Counted from the stretch's first letter, positions 1-9,681 are shown. The stretch: DNA of 64,000 nucleotides from Anaerolineae bacterium (GCA_022824465.1 JAJDZV010000002.1:20192-84191), one strand, 5' to 3'. Program-made: numbers and translations. The notes: a model not told the origin generated them from the sequence alone.

Positions 1-134
1 GCGTTTCGGCAGTCGAGCGCACGCATTTGAGGTCGGAGGATTGCGCTGAGGCGCTGCTGTTTATGTTGAGCAGACCGCGGCACGTGACGATTCGCGATTT
101 GGTGATCTTGCCGCAGAACCAGGTGAATATCTGA
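1..134 (+). CDS. SDR-family oxidoreductase, C-terminal fragment (gene begins upstream of window)
   Basis: Frame 3 reads ...RSEDCAEALLFMLSRPRHVTIRDLVILPQNQVNI with TGA at 132-134. This closely parallels the C-terminus of the complete SDR at 1704-2435 (SSDDVAEAAVFMLSRPWHATVRNLVMVP). Confidence 0.75.
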   Translation, partial: VSAVERTHLRSEDCAEALLFMLSRPRHVTIRDLVILPQNQVNI

Positions 135-164
135 GTGGCGAAAGGAATCGGGGAGCGATGCTCC

Positions 165-740
165 TTATGAAAGGAAGAGTTTGCCAGTAAGCGGAACGAC
201 AGCTTCAGCCAATTGAGACTGCGGAACTTTCAGTGTATTGAGCACATCGTCGTACGCTGGCGAGGAAGCGAGTATACACCCATTTACACCCACAATTTCT
301 CCGGTATCAATCTTGCGCTGCACGTTTGGCGCCTCGTTCTCACCGAGGGTTAAGAGCCAGGTTTCGGCGTTTCTATAGACTCGCCAGAGCGCCCACCCCT
401 CTAGCGCCTACTGCTTGTAACGTTCTCTCATGGACACTTTCAAGGTGAGCACGACTGGACTGCTGCGATGATACAACACCACATCAAAGTCGGCGTTGGG
501 CACGTGTTCAAAACGAGCTTGGTAGTAGAATGGCGTAATTCCTTCTCTTGCCAAAGTTTCACAGATTAGGTACTCGAAGATGCTACCGTTTGTGCTCGGC
601 GTGGTTTGACCTATGGAAAGGTACTCCAAGTATGCGGTGGAGACAAAGTTGTGCGGAGAGGTGTAACTTAGAGGGTCCAACAATTCGCGATAGATTCTCG
701 CTGACTTTCCAGAGGCGAGTACGCTAATCTCGCTTTGCAT
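165..740 (-). pseudogene. Type II restriction endonuclease-like gene (PD-(D/E)XK-like) interrupted by one in-frame TAG
   Basis: The track ORF 408-740 (110 aa; FEYL..ADFDVVLY..LTLKVSMRERYKQ) stops at TAG (complement of 408-410). The same frame continues for 80 sense codons (ALEGWALWRVYRNAETWLLTLGEN...GKLFLS) to TAA at 165-167. It lies directly downstream of, and overlaps, the methyltransferase gene. Confidence 0.6.
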
Positions 741-1558
741 TCGTCCTCGATTCGCTTAAGCGCCAAGTCGCAGTAGTGAGATTCAAGCTCAATACCCATC
801 GTCTTGCGAAAACCGTTAATTGCAGCGACAAGTGTGGTGCCGCTTCCCGCAAAAGGATCGAGTATTGTATCCCCCATAAACGAAAACAGCTTGATACAAC
901 GTTTCGGAAGTTCAATCGGAAAGGGCGCTTCATGACCGATTCGTTTGGCGCTTTCTCCGGCGAATTCCCAGTTGCCAAGTACCCACTCCATGAATTCATC
1001 ACGTCCAATGTCTGATTGTCCTTGATTCTTCCGTTTCCATGCGCCCTTGTATAGAACAATCACAACCTCGACGGGCGCTATAACATGTGGAGCGCTCGCA
1101 GACATCCAGCTACCCCATGCCGTCCTTCGGCTGATATTGCCTTCATTCCAGATTATTGTCGCATGATATTGCCAGCCTACTTCAAGCGCAAGGCGTGTAA
1201 CATCGGCTGCAATCGGACGTTTTCCATTCTTGTTCTTGTCAAGCGCCACATTCACGCAAAGACGTCCAGTGTCTCTTGTCCAATAGAGGCAGTTTGCAAG
1301 CCACGCACGAGTAAAGCGCAAATAAGCATCATAGTCTACTGAGTCGCTACTTGCATATCCGTCGTAAGCCTTGCCAATATTATATGGCGGCGATGTTACC
1401 GTGAGATCTACGGTTTCGCTTTGAAGCACGTCCCGATTGGTCGCGTCACCCTGTATGAGCCGATGCGACGGTTCAGTCTCGCCAGCCGGCATGAATAGCA
1501 TTACTCGTTGTGAATCCATTTGGATTTCTTGCCGTTGCGCTCCTTCCATTTCATTCAT
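668..1558 (-). CDS. DNA methyltransferase, beta-class N4/N6 family (SPPY motif suggests N4-cytosine)
   Basis: Motif IV TVTSPPYNIGK lies near the N-terminus and motif I ILDPFAGSGTT near the C-terminus (beta-class order). GAGGAG sits 8 nt upstream of the ATG at 1558. The track start at 1564 is a GTG too close to this SD. Confidence 0.9.
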   Translation of the reverse strand: MNEMEGAQRQEIQMDSQRVMLFMPAGETEPSHRLIQGDATNRDVLQSETVDLTVTSPPYNIGKAYDGYASSDSVDYDAYLRFTRAWLANCLYWTRDTGRLCVNVALDKNKNGKRPIAADVTRLALEVGWQYHATIIWNEGNISRRTAWGSWMSASAPHVIAPVEVVIVLYKGAWKRKNQGQSDIGRDEFMEWVLGNWEFAGESAKRIGHEAPFPIELPKRCIKLFSFMGDTILDPFAGSGTTLVAAINGFRKTMGIELESHYCDLALKRIEDECKARLAYSPLESQRESIANCWTL

Positions 1559-1703
1559 TAACACAACTCCTCTTACGTTTGTGCAGTTTGACGCACAGAT
1601 GGAGATAGTTCAGCCCAAGCAAGTGGTTGCGGATTCACCATGACTATAGTTTAATCGGATAGTGCTTGTACAACCACGTCTTGGACTAGATCGCGAAGTT
1701 AAC

Positions 1704-2435
1704 ATGACCAACTCACTCTCCGGCAAGGTGGTCGTGATCACCGGCGCCAGCTCCGGCATCGGCGCGGCGGCCGCGCGTACCTTGGCAAGGCAGGGCTCCA
1801 AGTTGACCTTGGCGGCTCGGTCGGTCGACAAGTTGCGAGCGCTCGCCGGCGAGCTGCCGACAGAATCGCTCGTTGTCCGGGCTGATATGACCGAGCCATC
1901 CGATATTGGTCGCATGGTTGAAGAGACCTTGGATCGTTTCGGGCGGCTTGATGTGATGTTCGCCAATGCAGGCGTGTTTATTCAGGGCGACTTCGCCGAT
2001 TACGACATGGTGGCCGTCGGCCGGATGCTCAAAGTCAATATAGACGGTGTGCTGCGCTGCGCTCACGCGGTCTTGCCGATTATGAAGGCGCAGGGTTCGG
2101 GCGATATTCTCGTGACGAGTTCAATCGCCGGACACGCGGAGTTGCATCGGGGACCGGCGTATGGCGCGAGCAAACACGCAATTGAGACCTTCGTCAACAC
2201 CTTGCGGCGGCAGGTGGCGGCGGACGGTATTCGCGTGATGTCGCTTGCGCCGGGCAAGGTGGCGAATGAGTTGTGGGGCTTGAGCGACGCGGCTGAGATA
2301 AAGCGGCTGTCCGCGGAAGAGGAGACGCACCTAAGTTCTGATGATGTGGCGGAGGCGGCTGTGTTTATGCTGTCGCGCCCGTGGCATGCGACGGTGCGGA
2401 ATCTGGTGATGGTTCCGCGGCATCAGGACGCGTGA
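1704..2435 (+). CDS. SDR-family oxidoreductase
   Basis: GKVVVITGASSGIGAAAA Rossmann motif 8 aa after the internal Met. YGASKHA catalytic YxxxK. The track start at 1662 (GTG) is probably too long. Confidence 0.9.
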   Translation: MTNSLSGKVVVITGASSGIGAAAARTLARQGSKLTLAARSVDKLRALAGELPTESLVVRADMTEPSDIGRMVEETLDRFGRLDVMFANAGVFIQGDFADYDMVAVGRMLKVNIDGVLRCAHAVLPIMKAQGSGDILVTSSIAGHAELHRGPAYGASKHAIETFVNTLRRQVAADGIRVMSLAPGKVANELWGLSDAAEIKRLSAEEETHLSSDDVAEAAVFMLSRPWHATVRNLVMVPRHQDA

Positions 2436-2474
2436 GCCGAAATCCGTTTTCCTGCTGTTTGGCGGAATATTCCT

Positions 2475-2900
2475 TTAGGCGATTTCGGGCGGAGGATGCA
2501 AACCAGCCCTAATCCATGCTCGCCTTGCGGTCACAATCTCCGGACGATTCATGCGTAGTCTGGAGATCGTCGCTCGCCCAACTGACTTCACACCGGTTTA
2601 CTCCAGTCGGGCCGCTACCCAGAGAAAATGGTCCGACCACCTATCTAAACGCGGATTAAACAGAGGTGACTCAAGCCATGTTTCCAAATCAAGCCCAACC
2701 CGGAAATCGGACTTGTAGCTGTTGCAGTGAAAACAAGCGAGGTACAGGTTAGCTATGTCGGTTTCACCGCCGTACGACAAGGGCTTAATGTGGTCTACCA
2801 CTAGCAGAACTCCGATAAGCTCCTGTGCTTGGCAATACTCACACTGGCCGTTTGCGCATTGGCGGGCGACTTTTCGAAATCTTAAGGGAATATATGCCAT
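2475..2900 (-). pseudogene. HNH endonuclease interrupted by one in-frame TAA
   Basis: CEYCQAQ...VDHIKPLSYGGETDIANLYLACFHCNSYK is an HNH/zinc-finger core. The ORF stops at TAA (complement of 2598-2600). The same frame then reads TGVKSVGRATISRLRMNRPEIVTARRAWIRAGLHPPPEIA to TAA at 2475-2477, which is the usual conserved tail of this HNH family. Confidence 0.65.
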
Positions 2901-3314
2901 TTATACTGCAGCGAGTTCAACGTTCAAATACTGTACTGTATCGTGAACGCGTTCCTGCAACTGAACCAGGGCGTGAGAACGTAGCACTGTTTGCCGATCG
3001 ACCAAACGGAGCAAAGACTCTAATTCAGATTCTTCAGCGTGGCTCAACGTGTCTTCGCTCCCACGCTCCATCAAGTCTCTAATGCGTCTATCTTGTGCGA
3101 CAGTCAGACGCAGATGAACCAAGTTCCACAGCTGTTCTTCAGAAAAACATACCAGCCTGTCCAAGAGCTTTTCAACGTTCGCTGATTGGCTAAACAGCAT
3201 TGCCAAGCCGTCGACAAGAACCGATTCCAAGCTGCAATTCTCTTGTTCCGAGATTCTGCGCGCCAGTTGTTCAATGTCGCTGGGAATCTTCAGTTCAACC
3301 TTAGATCGATGCAT
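2901..3314 (-). CDS. Hypothetical helical protein, translationally coupled partner of the HNH gene
   Basis: 137-aa ORF whose TAA (2901-2903) abuts the HNH ATG (2898-2900). Helical, acidic, with no catalytic motif. The C-terminal half (LSHAEESELESLLRLVDRQTVLRSHALVQLQER) resembles partners seen next to small HNH genes in cyanobacteria/Chloroflexi (from memory). Confidence 0.6.
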   Translation of the reverse strand: MHRSKVELKIPSDIEQLARRISEQENCSLESVLVDGLAMLFSQSANVEKLLDRLVCFSEEQLWNLVHLRLTVAQDRRIRDLMERGSEDTLSHAEESELESLLRLVDRQTVLRSHALVQLQERVHDTVQYLNVELAAV

Positions 3315-3396
3315 CGCTCTCTCAAAGAGACTATCCTAGCCTAGTATTGTTACCTATATCAAACCTGCAAGACACGTCCATTCATGCCACGCCGCC

Positions 3397-4236
3397 TCAG
3401 CCCAAAAGCGCGCGCGCGGCGGCGAGACTGCGGGGCACACCGATTGAAAGCGGCTCCTCTGCGCCCTCGAATTCGAGGGACAGCCAGCCAGCGTACCCGG
3501 TTTCTCGCAGCATGGTCATGAGAGCAGGCAGATCAACCAGTCCGTCGCCTATCACTGAGCCGGTCAGCAATTGCCCGGCGGGATCGAGAAAGACGTGGCT
3601 CGGCTCGTTATCGCCCGCGCGCCGAATATCTTTCAAGTGGACCAGGACGATCCACTCGGCCAGTTCGCGAGCGGCCGCTACCGGGTCCTGCCCGACCGGC
3701 AGGAAGTTCCCGGTGTCGAAGTTGACCCGTAGCGCCGGCGAACCGACCTGCTCGGTGATGTCCCGCACCTGATCGCTACGTCCGGCGAAACGCCCGTGAT
3801 TCTCCAGCGCCAGCGTTACGCCGCGGCTTTCAGCATAGGCGGCGCCAGCGGACAGCCCTTCGAGGATCCAGGCATTGCCTTGATCCTGAGTTACGCCTTC
3901 GCGCGCGTCTCCGCTGAATACGCGAAGCAAGTCCGTACCCAACTCGACGGCGAAATCGACGCCGCGTTTCAAGTCGGCCAATTCTCCCGCGCGGGCGCGC
4001 GCATCAGGCTGGACGAAGTTGTTGCTGATGGAGAAAACCGCCACTTCCAACCCGGCATCGGCGATCCGTTGTTTCACTTGCGGGATTTCGCGTTCGGCAT
4101 CCGTCCAGAAGATATCGAGCAGTTCGACGCCGGCAACTTCCTGCGCGGCCGCGTAGTCGACGAATCCCATTAGGTCAAGGCGCCCAGCCCGGACCGCGAG
4201 TACACAGCTATACATACTCAGACTCAGTTTCATCAT
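3397..4236 (-). CDS. Sugar phosphate isomerase/epimerase (xylose-isomerase-like TIM barrel)
   Basis: 279 aa with typical AP-endonuclease-2/xylose-isomerase-like barrel features (LENHG, VHLKD, LSLEFEG). ATGA overlap with the upstream oxidoreductase gene. Confidence 0.8.
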   Translation of the reverse strand: MMKLSLSMYSCVLAVRAGRLDLMGFVDYAAAQEVAGVELLDIFWTDAEREIPQVKQRIADAGLEVAVFSISNNFVQPDARARAGELADLKRGVDFAVELGTDLLRVFSGDAREGVTQDQGNAWILEGLSAGAAYAESRGVTLALENHGRFAGRSDQVRDITEQVGSPALRVNFDTGNFLPVGQDPVAAARELAEWIVLVHLKDIRRAGDNEPSHVFLDPAGQLLTGSVIGDGLVDLPALMTMLRETGYAGWLSLEFEGAEEPLSIGVPRSLAAARALLG

Positions 4237-5195
4237 GTTACCCTCGCTGATTCATAAGCCGCTTCAATCACGCGCATCACCGCCAGTCCGTCTTCGCCGT
4301 CCACTAGCGGCGGCTCGCCGGTTTCGACACAGCGCAAGAATGCATGCGCCTGCGCCACAAAGCGGTCAGGCTCGTCAAAGTTTTGCTCGGTCCAGTTGGC
4401 ATCATCCGCCAGCTTGTAGCGCAAGCCAGGCGCGGCATTGTAGTCGATGATCGCCTGTCCTTCGGTCCCATAGAGGCGCACGATCGCTTCCGAGATTGGC
4501 GTCACCCAACTGCAGTTCAAAGTCCCCAATACGCCGCCGCTGCTGCGAACCAGCAGGGATGCGCTGTCTTCCACTGCGATGGGCAGCGCGGATGAGACCT
4601 GGGCTTGGGCGCTCTCAATCTCGTCGCCGGTCAAGGCGCGGAAGATATCGATGCTGTGCACCAGAGTATCGATCAGTATGCCGCCGCCGGCTGTCTCCGC
4701 ATCGGTGAACCAGGATGCGCCGGCCCGGGCGAAGCGAAAGCCAAAGCGATTCTCGATTTGGACCACATTGCCCAAGCGGCCGCTGTTGATAAGAGCCTGC
4801 GCGGCGCGCAAAGGCGGGTGGAAGCGGTGGCAGAAGGCGAATTGCAGCAGCAGCCCGCGCATCGCGGCGACGATCGCCTCGGTCTCGGCGAGGTTGCGGG
4901 CCGGCGGTTTCTCGCACAAGACGGCGATGCCGCGTTCGGCCGCCGCTTTGGCCGCCGGCAGATGAAACTTCGGCGGTGTGCAAATGGAGATGGCATCTGG
5001 CTTGACAGCATCCAGCATCATCTCGGCGTTGATGAAGGCGCGGCCGCCGAATTCCGCGACGTTGGCAACGGCCGCCGATTCGACGACATCGGCGATGCCG
5101 ACGATCTGGCAGCGGTCTGAATGGGCGGCATAGGCGCGCAGATGCGATCTACCGATTCCGCCGGCGCCGATCAGCGCGACTTTGATTTTTCCCAT
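4233..5195 (-). CDS. Gfo/Idh/MocA-family NAD(P)-dependent oxidoreductase
   Basis: N-terminal [14 protein letters not shown] Rossmann fold and EKP motif (LCEKPPA). The internal ATG at 5195 is preferred over the TTG at 5228. Confidence 0.85.
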   Translation of the reverse strand: MGKIKVALIGAGGIGRSHLRAYAAHSDRCQIVGIADVVESAAVANVAEFGGRAFINAEMMLDAVKPDAISICTPPKFHLPAAKAAAERGIAVLCEKPPARNLAETEAIVAAMRGLLLQFAFCHRFHPPLRAAQALINSGRLGNVVQIENRFGFRFARAGASWFTDAETAGGGILIDTLVHSIDIFRALTGDEIESAQAQVSSALPIAVEDSASLLVRSSGGVLGTLNCSWVTPISEAIVRLYGTEGQAIIDYNAAPGLRYKLADDANWTEQNFDEPDRFVAQAHAFLRCVETGEPPLVDGEDGLAVMRVIEAAYESARVT

Positions 5196-5976
5196 TGAGC
5201 CAGCCTGTACGTTCGTCCGCGCTTGCAAATGAGTGTATCATCCGAGCAGAATGCCAGAGCCAGTGTATCCGCCAAGGCATCGATACTTGGACGTGATTAT
5301 GACCAGCGCCGCAAACTTTGTCAAAATGGCGGAGTGGCGCATCACGACGATATTATCATGCCCATTCAGGGAGTCTGATGCGGGCGTGCCAAGGCTTGCC
5401 CCTAGATCTAGCGCTTTTCTGAGACTGGATTATCGGTTGCCAGGTCCTCGATTTACGCCACTCCCCAAAATGACTCGACTCGTGTGAAAATAGGGACCGT
5501 AGCCGCGCGGTCAATTGACAGGCTCGACAAGAAGTTGAGGGGAGAAACCAGGATGACGATGCCCCAGGAATGCGCGATTCGCGACAAATTCATGAATACC
5601 ACGTTTGTGCTGCTCGGCTTTGTTATGAGGCGCTTCATCCTATATGGCGACATTCTGCCGATTTCCCAAACAGCGTCCGGCGGACAAGCGCATGCTGATT
5701 GTGGATCCCGACGGAGAATTCACGGCGTTTCAATCGCGCTATCCTCGCTCGCACGATGCCGGGGCCTGCAACGAGGAAGGTGAGGCACTGCAGGATCTCA
5801 GGCAATCGACGCCGGCTATCGAGGGCGATATCAGGCGCGCGCAAAGCCGGCTACTCGCCGCTGGAATTGGTCAGTTGCGTCCCGACGCTGATCGACAGCA
5901 TTCAGCCGCGCGCTGACCTGCGGCTGGCCAAAGCGCGGCGAAGCCTGCCGACTTAGAGCAACCACGAGGAATCAAG

Positions 5977-7134
5977 ATGACAACCATACTCGGCTTGGAT
6001 AATTTCCTGGAAGCGCATACCGATCTCATCGCAGGCAAGCGCGTTGGCTTGCTCGCCTGTCCCAGCAGCGTCGACCGGGGCTTGCGCAGCAGCATCGAAA
6101 TCTTGCAGCGCCACTCGGCTGTTAATCTGGTTGCGCTCTTTGGTCCGGAGCACGGCATCCGCGGCGATGCCCAAGCGGGGGCCAAAGTCGCCAGCGCAAT
6201 TGACCCGCTGACCAATCTGCCCGTTCACAGCCTTTACGGCAAGACACAGAAACCCGACGGCGGCATGCTACGCGATATCGACGCCATGATCATCGACTTG
6301 CAGGAAGCCGGCGTCCGCTTCTATACCTTTGTCGCCACCACGCTCTACGTCATGCGGGCAGCGGCCGAAGCCGGCATCAGCGTCATCATTTTGGATCGCC
6401 CGGCGCCGATCAACGGAAGGAATGTCGAAGGTCCCGTGCTCGACCCCGCGTACACGTCATTCGTGGGACCCGCGCCGCTGCCCATTCGCTATGGCATGAC
6501 CATCGGCGAACTTGCCAAGATGTTCAACGATGACAATCTCGGCTGCGACCTGCATGTCATCCCGCTGCGAAACTGGAAGCGCGACCAGTGGCACGACCAG
6601 ACCAACCTGCCCTTCATCCCGTCGTCACCCAACCTGCCCACGCTGGATGCCGTGACGCTCTATCCCGGCACTTGCCTCATCGAAGGCAGCAACCTCTCCG
6701 AAGGGCGCGGGACGACCCGGCCTTTTGAATACATCGGCGCGCCCTGGATCAAGGCGGAGGCGCTCTCCGAGCAACTCAATGATCTAAAGCTGGCGGGTGT
6801 GCGTTTTCGTCCGGTCTATTTCGTGCCGACCTTCAGCAAATACCAGGGTGAACTTTGCGCCGGCATCCATCTTTACGTGACGGACCGCGAGAGATTCCAG
6901 CCAATCAGCGCCATGCTGCACGTTTTGCAGACGCTCAAACGCAGTTACCCCGACGACTTTGCCTGGCGGGGAGCTTGGCTCCCGGGCCGGCGTCTTCCTA
7001 TCGATCTGCTCTGGGGCAGCGAGGGGCTGCGGCGGCATATCGACTCTGACCGCCCGGTCGAAGAACTCATTAAAAGTTGGGAGACGAGCTTGACGCGGTT
7101 TTTGGAGTTGAGAGCGCGTTACATGATATACTAG
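5977..7134 (+). CDS. namZ: DUF1343 family protein (exo-beta-N-acetylmuramidase NamZ-like)
   Basis: Family hallmarks read by eye: GKRVGLLACPSSVD, LFGPEHGIRGD, LYGK, DLQEAGVRFYTF, ILDRPAPING, SPNLP, SEGRGTTRPFE. Confidence 0.8.
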   Translation: MTTILGLDNFLEAHTDLIAGKRVGLLACPSSVDRGLRSSIEILQRHSAVNLVALFGPEHGIRGDAQAGAKVASAIDPLTNLPVHSLYGKTQKPDGGMLRDIDAMIIDLQEAGVRFYTFVATTLYVMRAAAEAGISVIILDRPAPINGRNVEGPVLDPAYTSFVGPAPLPIRYGMTIGELAKMFNDDNLGCDLHVIPLRNWKRDQWHDQTNLPFIPSSPNLPTLDAVTLYPGTCLIEGSNLSEGRGTTRPFEYIGAPWIKAEALSEQLNDLKLAGVRFRPVYFVPTFSKYQGELCAGIHLYVTDRERFQPISAMLHVLQTLKRSYPDDFAWRGAWLPGRRLPIDLLWGSEGLRRHIDSDRPVEELIKSWETSLTRFLELRARYMIY

Positions 7135-7185
7135 GCGATGATTAAGGACTTAGTTCTGTTCACGACTAAGACTTGGAGGAAGAAT

Positions 7186-8487
7186 ATGTACCCTAAACGA
7201 TTGCTTTCTTGTCTGGCATTGCTCGCCCTGTTAGTCGCGTTCAGCGCGGTCCCGCTGGCGCAAGAGACCACCTTGACCATGCTGACTCATTGGGGCACGG
7301 AAGATCAACTGGCGGCGCAGCAAGCCATCATTGATGCTTATATGGCGGAGAATCCTGATGTCGCCGTCGAGTTGGTGACGGTCGACTTCGGCGAATTGCG
7401 CACCAAGATCATCACTGGTCGCACCGCTGGCATCAGCGCCGATGTTTATCACTTCTATCACCTTTGGCTGCCGGACTTCGTCAATGCCGGCGTGCTCGCC
7501 GAGCCGACGCAAGACGCGCTTTCCTACATCGACGAGAATGTCGCGCAAGGCACGATTGATGCCGTCAGCACGTCCGATGGGCAGACATGGGGCTATCCCA
7601 CCGAGGTCAATCCCTATTTGCTGGTCTATAACAAGCGCCTGCTGGCGGAAGCGGGTTATGATGCCCCGCCGGCGAATTGGGAGGAACTCAAGGAAATCGC
7701 CGCGGCGATCACACAGGTCGATGATACCGGCGCCATCACCCAGCTTGGTTTGGGTGTCATGGCTGGCTGGGATTCGGGCATCGTGCATCCCTTCAGCGCG
7801 CTGCTATACTCCAATGGCGGCAATTACCTCAGCGCGGACCGCAGGGTCGCGGAGTTCAACAGCCCGCAGGGTATCGAAACCTTGCAGCTATATGCCGATT
7901 TGGTCGCCAATGGCGGCACCGACCCCAGCATCAGCGGCTTGGGCGATTTCCCGAGCGGCACGGTGGGCATGGTGATCATGGCGCCTTGGTGGCGGGCTAC
8001 TTTGCGCGCGGCCGAGGGCATCGACTTCGATAGCGAAGTGGGCGTCGCCGAGATTCCCGTGGGACCGAGCGGCGAGGCGCCGTCGAGCATCGCTTACACC
8101 TGGCTCTTCGCCGTCGATTCGAATTCGCCTAACAAGCCGGCCGCCTGGGATTTCATCCACTGGATGAATGCGGAACATGAAGAGGGAGCGGGCTCGGCGA
8201 TCGGCGATTTCCTGGTCAACGCCCTGGGCGCGATTCCGAGCTTCAGTCATGATCAAGCCGCTTTCGCCGACTCCATGAGCGATCACTATGTCTCGGCCTT
8301 CGTCGCCGCCTCCGCCTATGCGCGCCCGGAACAAATCGTCGCCGGCGGCCAGGAGATCAAGACTCTGTTACAAGTCGAGATCGAGGCTGTTCTGACCGGT
8401 ATGACGACGCCGGAAGACGCGCTGGCATCGGTGGAAATGCAGGCGAATGCGATTCTGGAAGAGCAGAGGATGATGGCTGAAGAATAG
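7186..8487 (+). CDS. ABC transporter substrate-binding protein (CUT1 sugar type)
   Basis: GGAGGA sits 5 nt upstream of the ATG at 7186. Signal peptide MYPKRLLSCLALLALLVAFSAVPLAQ. Followed by two MalF/MalG-type permease genes. Confidence 0.9.
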   Translation: MYPKRLLSCLALLALLVAFSAVPLAQETTLTMLTHWGTEDQLAAQQAIIDAYMAENPDVAVELVTVDFGELRTKIITGRTAGISADVYHFYHLWLPDFVNAGVLAEPTQDALSYIDENVAQGTIDAVSTSDGQTWGYPTEVNPYLLVYNKRLLAEAGYDAPPANWEELKEIAAAITQVDDTGAITQLGLGVMAGWDSGIVHPFSALLYSNGGNYLSADRRVAEFNSPQGIETLQLYADLVANGGTDPSISGLGDFPSGTVGMVIMAPWWRATLRAAEGIDFDSEVGVAEIPVGPSGEAPSSIAYTWLFAVDSNSPNKPAAWDFIHWMNAEHEEGAGSAIGDFLVNALGAIPSFSHDQAAFADSMSDHYVSAFVAASAYARPEQIVAGGQEIKTLLQVEIEAVLTGMTTPEDALASVEMQANAILEEQRMMAEE

Positions 8488-8540
8488 CTAGCTCTGCTCC
8501 CAATAGCCCTTGTCAGATACTCCAGCATGCCTGCGCCCGT

Positions 8541-8662
8541 TGGTCTACTCCGCTCAATCCCCCCATATCAATGGGGGGAAGCAGTTTCGAGCCGTGGAAA
8601 CCGCTTGAAAAGCGACTGACTCCCCTCCCTGATGATTCGGGGAGGGGCCGGGGGAGGGGTAG
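8541..8662 (+). repeat. Intergenic repeat family B copy (with G/C-rich hairpin CCCCTCCC...GGGAGGGG)
   Basis: It shares GTCTAC.CCGC.TCAATCCCCCCATATCAAT and CTCCCCTCCCTGATG blocks with the inverted copy at 23318-23440. The hairpin part (8621-8660) matches 23121-23162 in inverse orientation. Confidence 0.7.
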
Positions 8663-8710
8663 ATATTCGGCGATTCGGCGGGAGCGCGACTCCGGTAAAG
8701 GCAGGCAATC

Positions 8711-9670
8711 GTGAAGACACAATACGGCGTAATTGATGCGCCCGCTGCCAAAGCCGCGTCGTTGCTGCCCGATATGCCCAAGAGCGCGCTCATGCGGCGG
8801 CGCATGCTCTGGGCTTACGTCTTCGTGTCGGCGCCGATTATCGCGTTGCTGGTGTTCTTATTGGGTCCGATTCTGTTTTCGGGCTGGGTGAGCCTGCACC
8901 GCTGGGACATGCTCTCGCCCGTGGACGAGATGCCCTGGCGCGGCTTGAGCAATTACGTTTTCCTGCTCACGAAAGACAGGGTATTTCTTAAGTCGCTGGG
9001 CAACACATTCCTCTTCGCCATCGGCGGCGTCGGCGCCAACACGGCGCTTGGCTTGGGTTTTGCGCTGCTGCTCAACAGCCGCATCCGCGGACGGACTTTA
9101 TGGCGGGTACTGTATTTCATGCCGGTAATCACGGCGCCGCTGGCGCTGGCCGTGATGTTTTCGTTCATATTCGATCGCAATTTCGGCATCGTCAACAATG
9201 TCATCACCGCCTTTGGTCTGCCGCGTCAGCCCTTTCTCAGCGGACCGAGCCAGGCATTGATGACACTGGTCTTCATTGCCGTGTATCAATTTGTCGGGTA
9301 TTACATCGTGATTTTCCTGGCGGGATTGCAGGGCATCCCGCAAGATTATTACGACGCGGCGCAGGTCGATGGCGCTGGCAAGTTTCAGGAGTTTCGCTTT
9401 ATCACCTTGCCCTTGCTCCGCCCGGTTATGCTCTTTGTCGTCGTTACCAATACCATCGGCGCCTTGCAGGTCTTTGATCTCGTCTTTGCCACTACCGGCG
9501 GCGCGCCTGCAAACAGTTCCATGACCGTTGTCTTGCATATGTACAACACCGCTTTCAAGTTCTCGCGCATGGGACGGGCGTCGGCTATGGCTTTCATTTT
9601 GTTCGCCATCATCATGCTGATCACGCTGATACAGGTCCGCCTCTTGCAGGACCGGACTTACCAGGAGTAA
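8711..9670 (+). CDS. Sugar ABC transporter permease (MalF/UgpA-like)
   Basis: Multi-TM protein with the EAA-loop region DAAQVDGAGKFQEFRFITLPLLRP. The start is uncertain; internal Met codons at 8774 and 8792 are possible. Confidence 0.85.
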   Translation: MKTQYGVIDAPAAKAASLLPDMPKSALMRRRMLWAYVFVSAPIIALLVFLLGPILFSGWVSLHRWDMLSPVDEMPWRGLSNYVFLLTKDRVFLKSLGNTFLFAIGGVGANTALGLGFALLLNSRIRGRTLWRVLYFMPVITAPLALAVMFSFIFDRNFGIVNNVITAFGLPRQPFLSGPSQALMTLVFIAVYQFVGYYIVIFLAGLQGIPQDYYDAAQVDGAGKFQEFRFITLPLLRPVMLFVVVTNTIGALQVFDLVFATTGGAPANSSMTVVLHMYNTAFKFSRMGRASAMAFILFAIIMLITLIQVRLLQDRTYQE

Positions 9671-9681
9671 GAGCCGGCGCC

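Noticed and set aside
408-410. TAG in the REase (and TAA in the HNH gene at 2598-2600) as programmed recoding (pyrrolysine or read-through)
   Set aside because: Nothing in the window indicates pyl genes or a recoding context. Two different stop codons are involved, and both genes are toxic nucleases, for which simple nonsense inactivation is the parsimonious explanation.
135-3340. Calling the R-M/HNH region a mobile element
   Set aside because: I found no integrase, transposase, recombinase, terminal inverted repeats or target-site duplication. Only the lower G+C and the cargo type suggest horizontal origin, so it is reported as an observation rather than a mobile_element feature.
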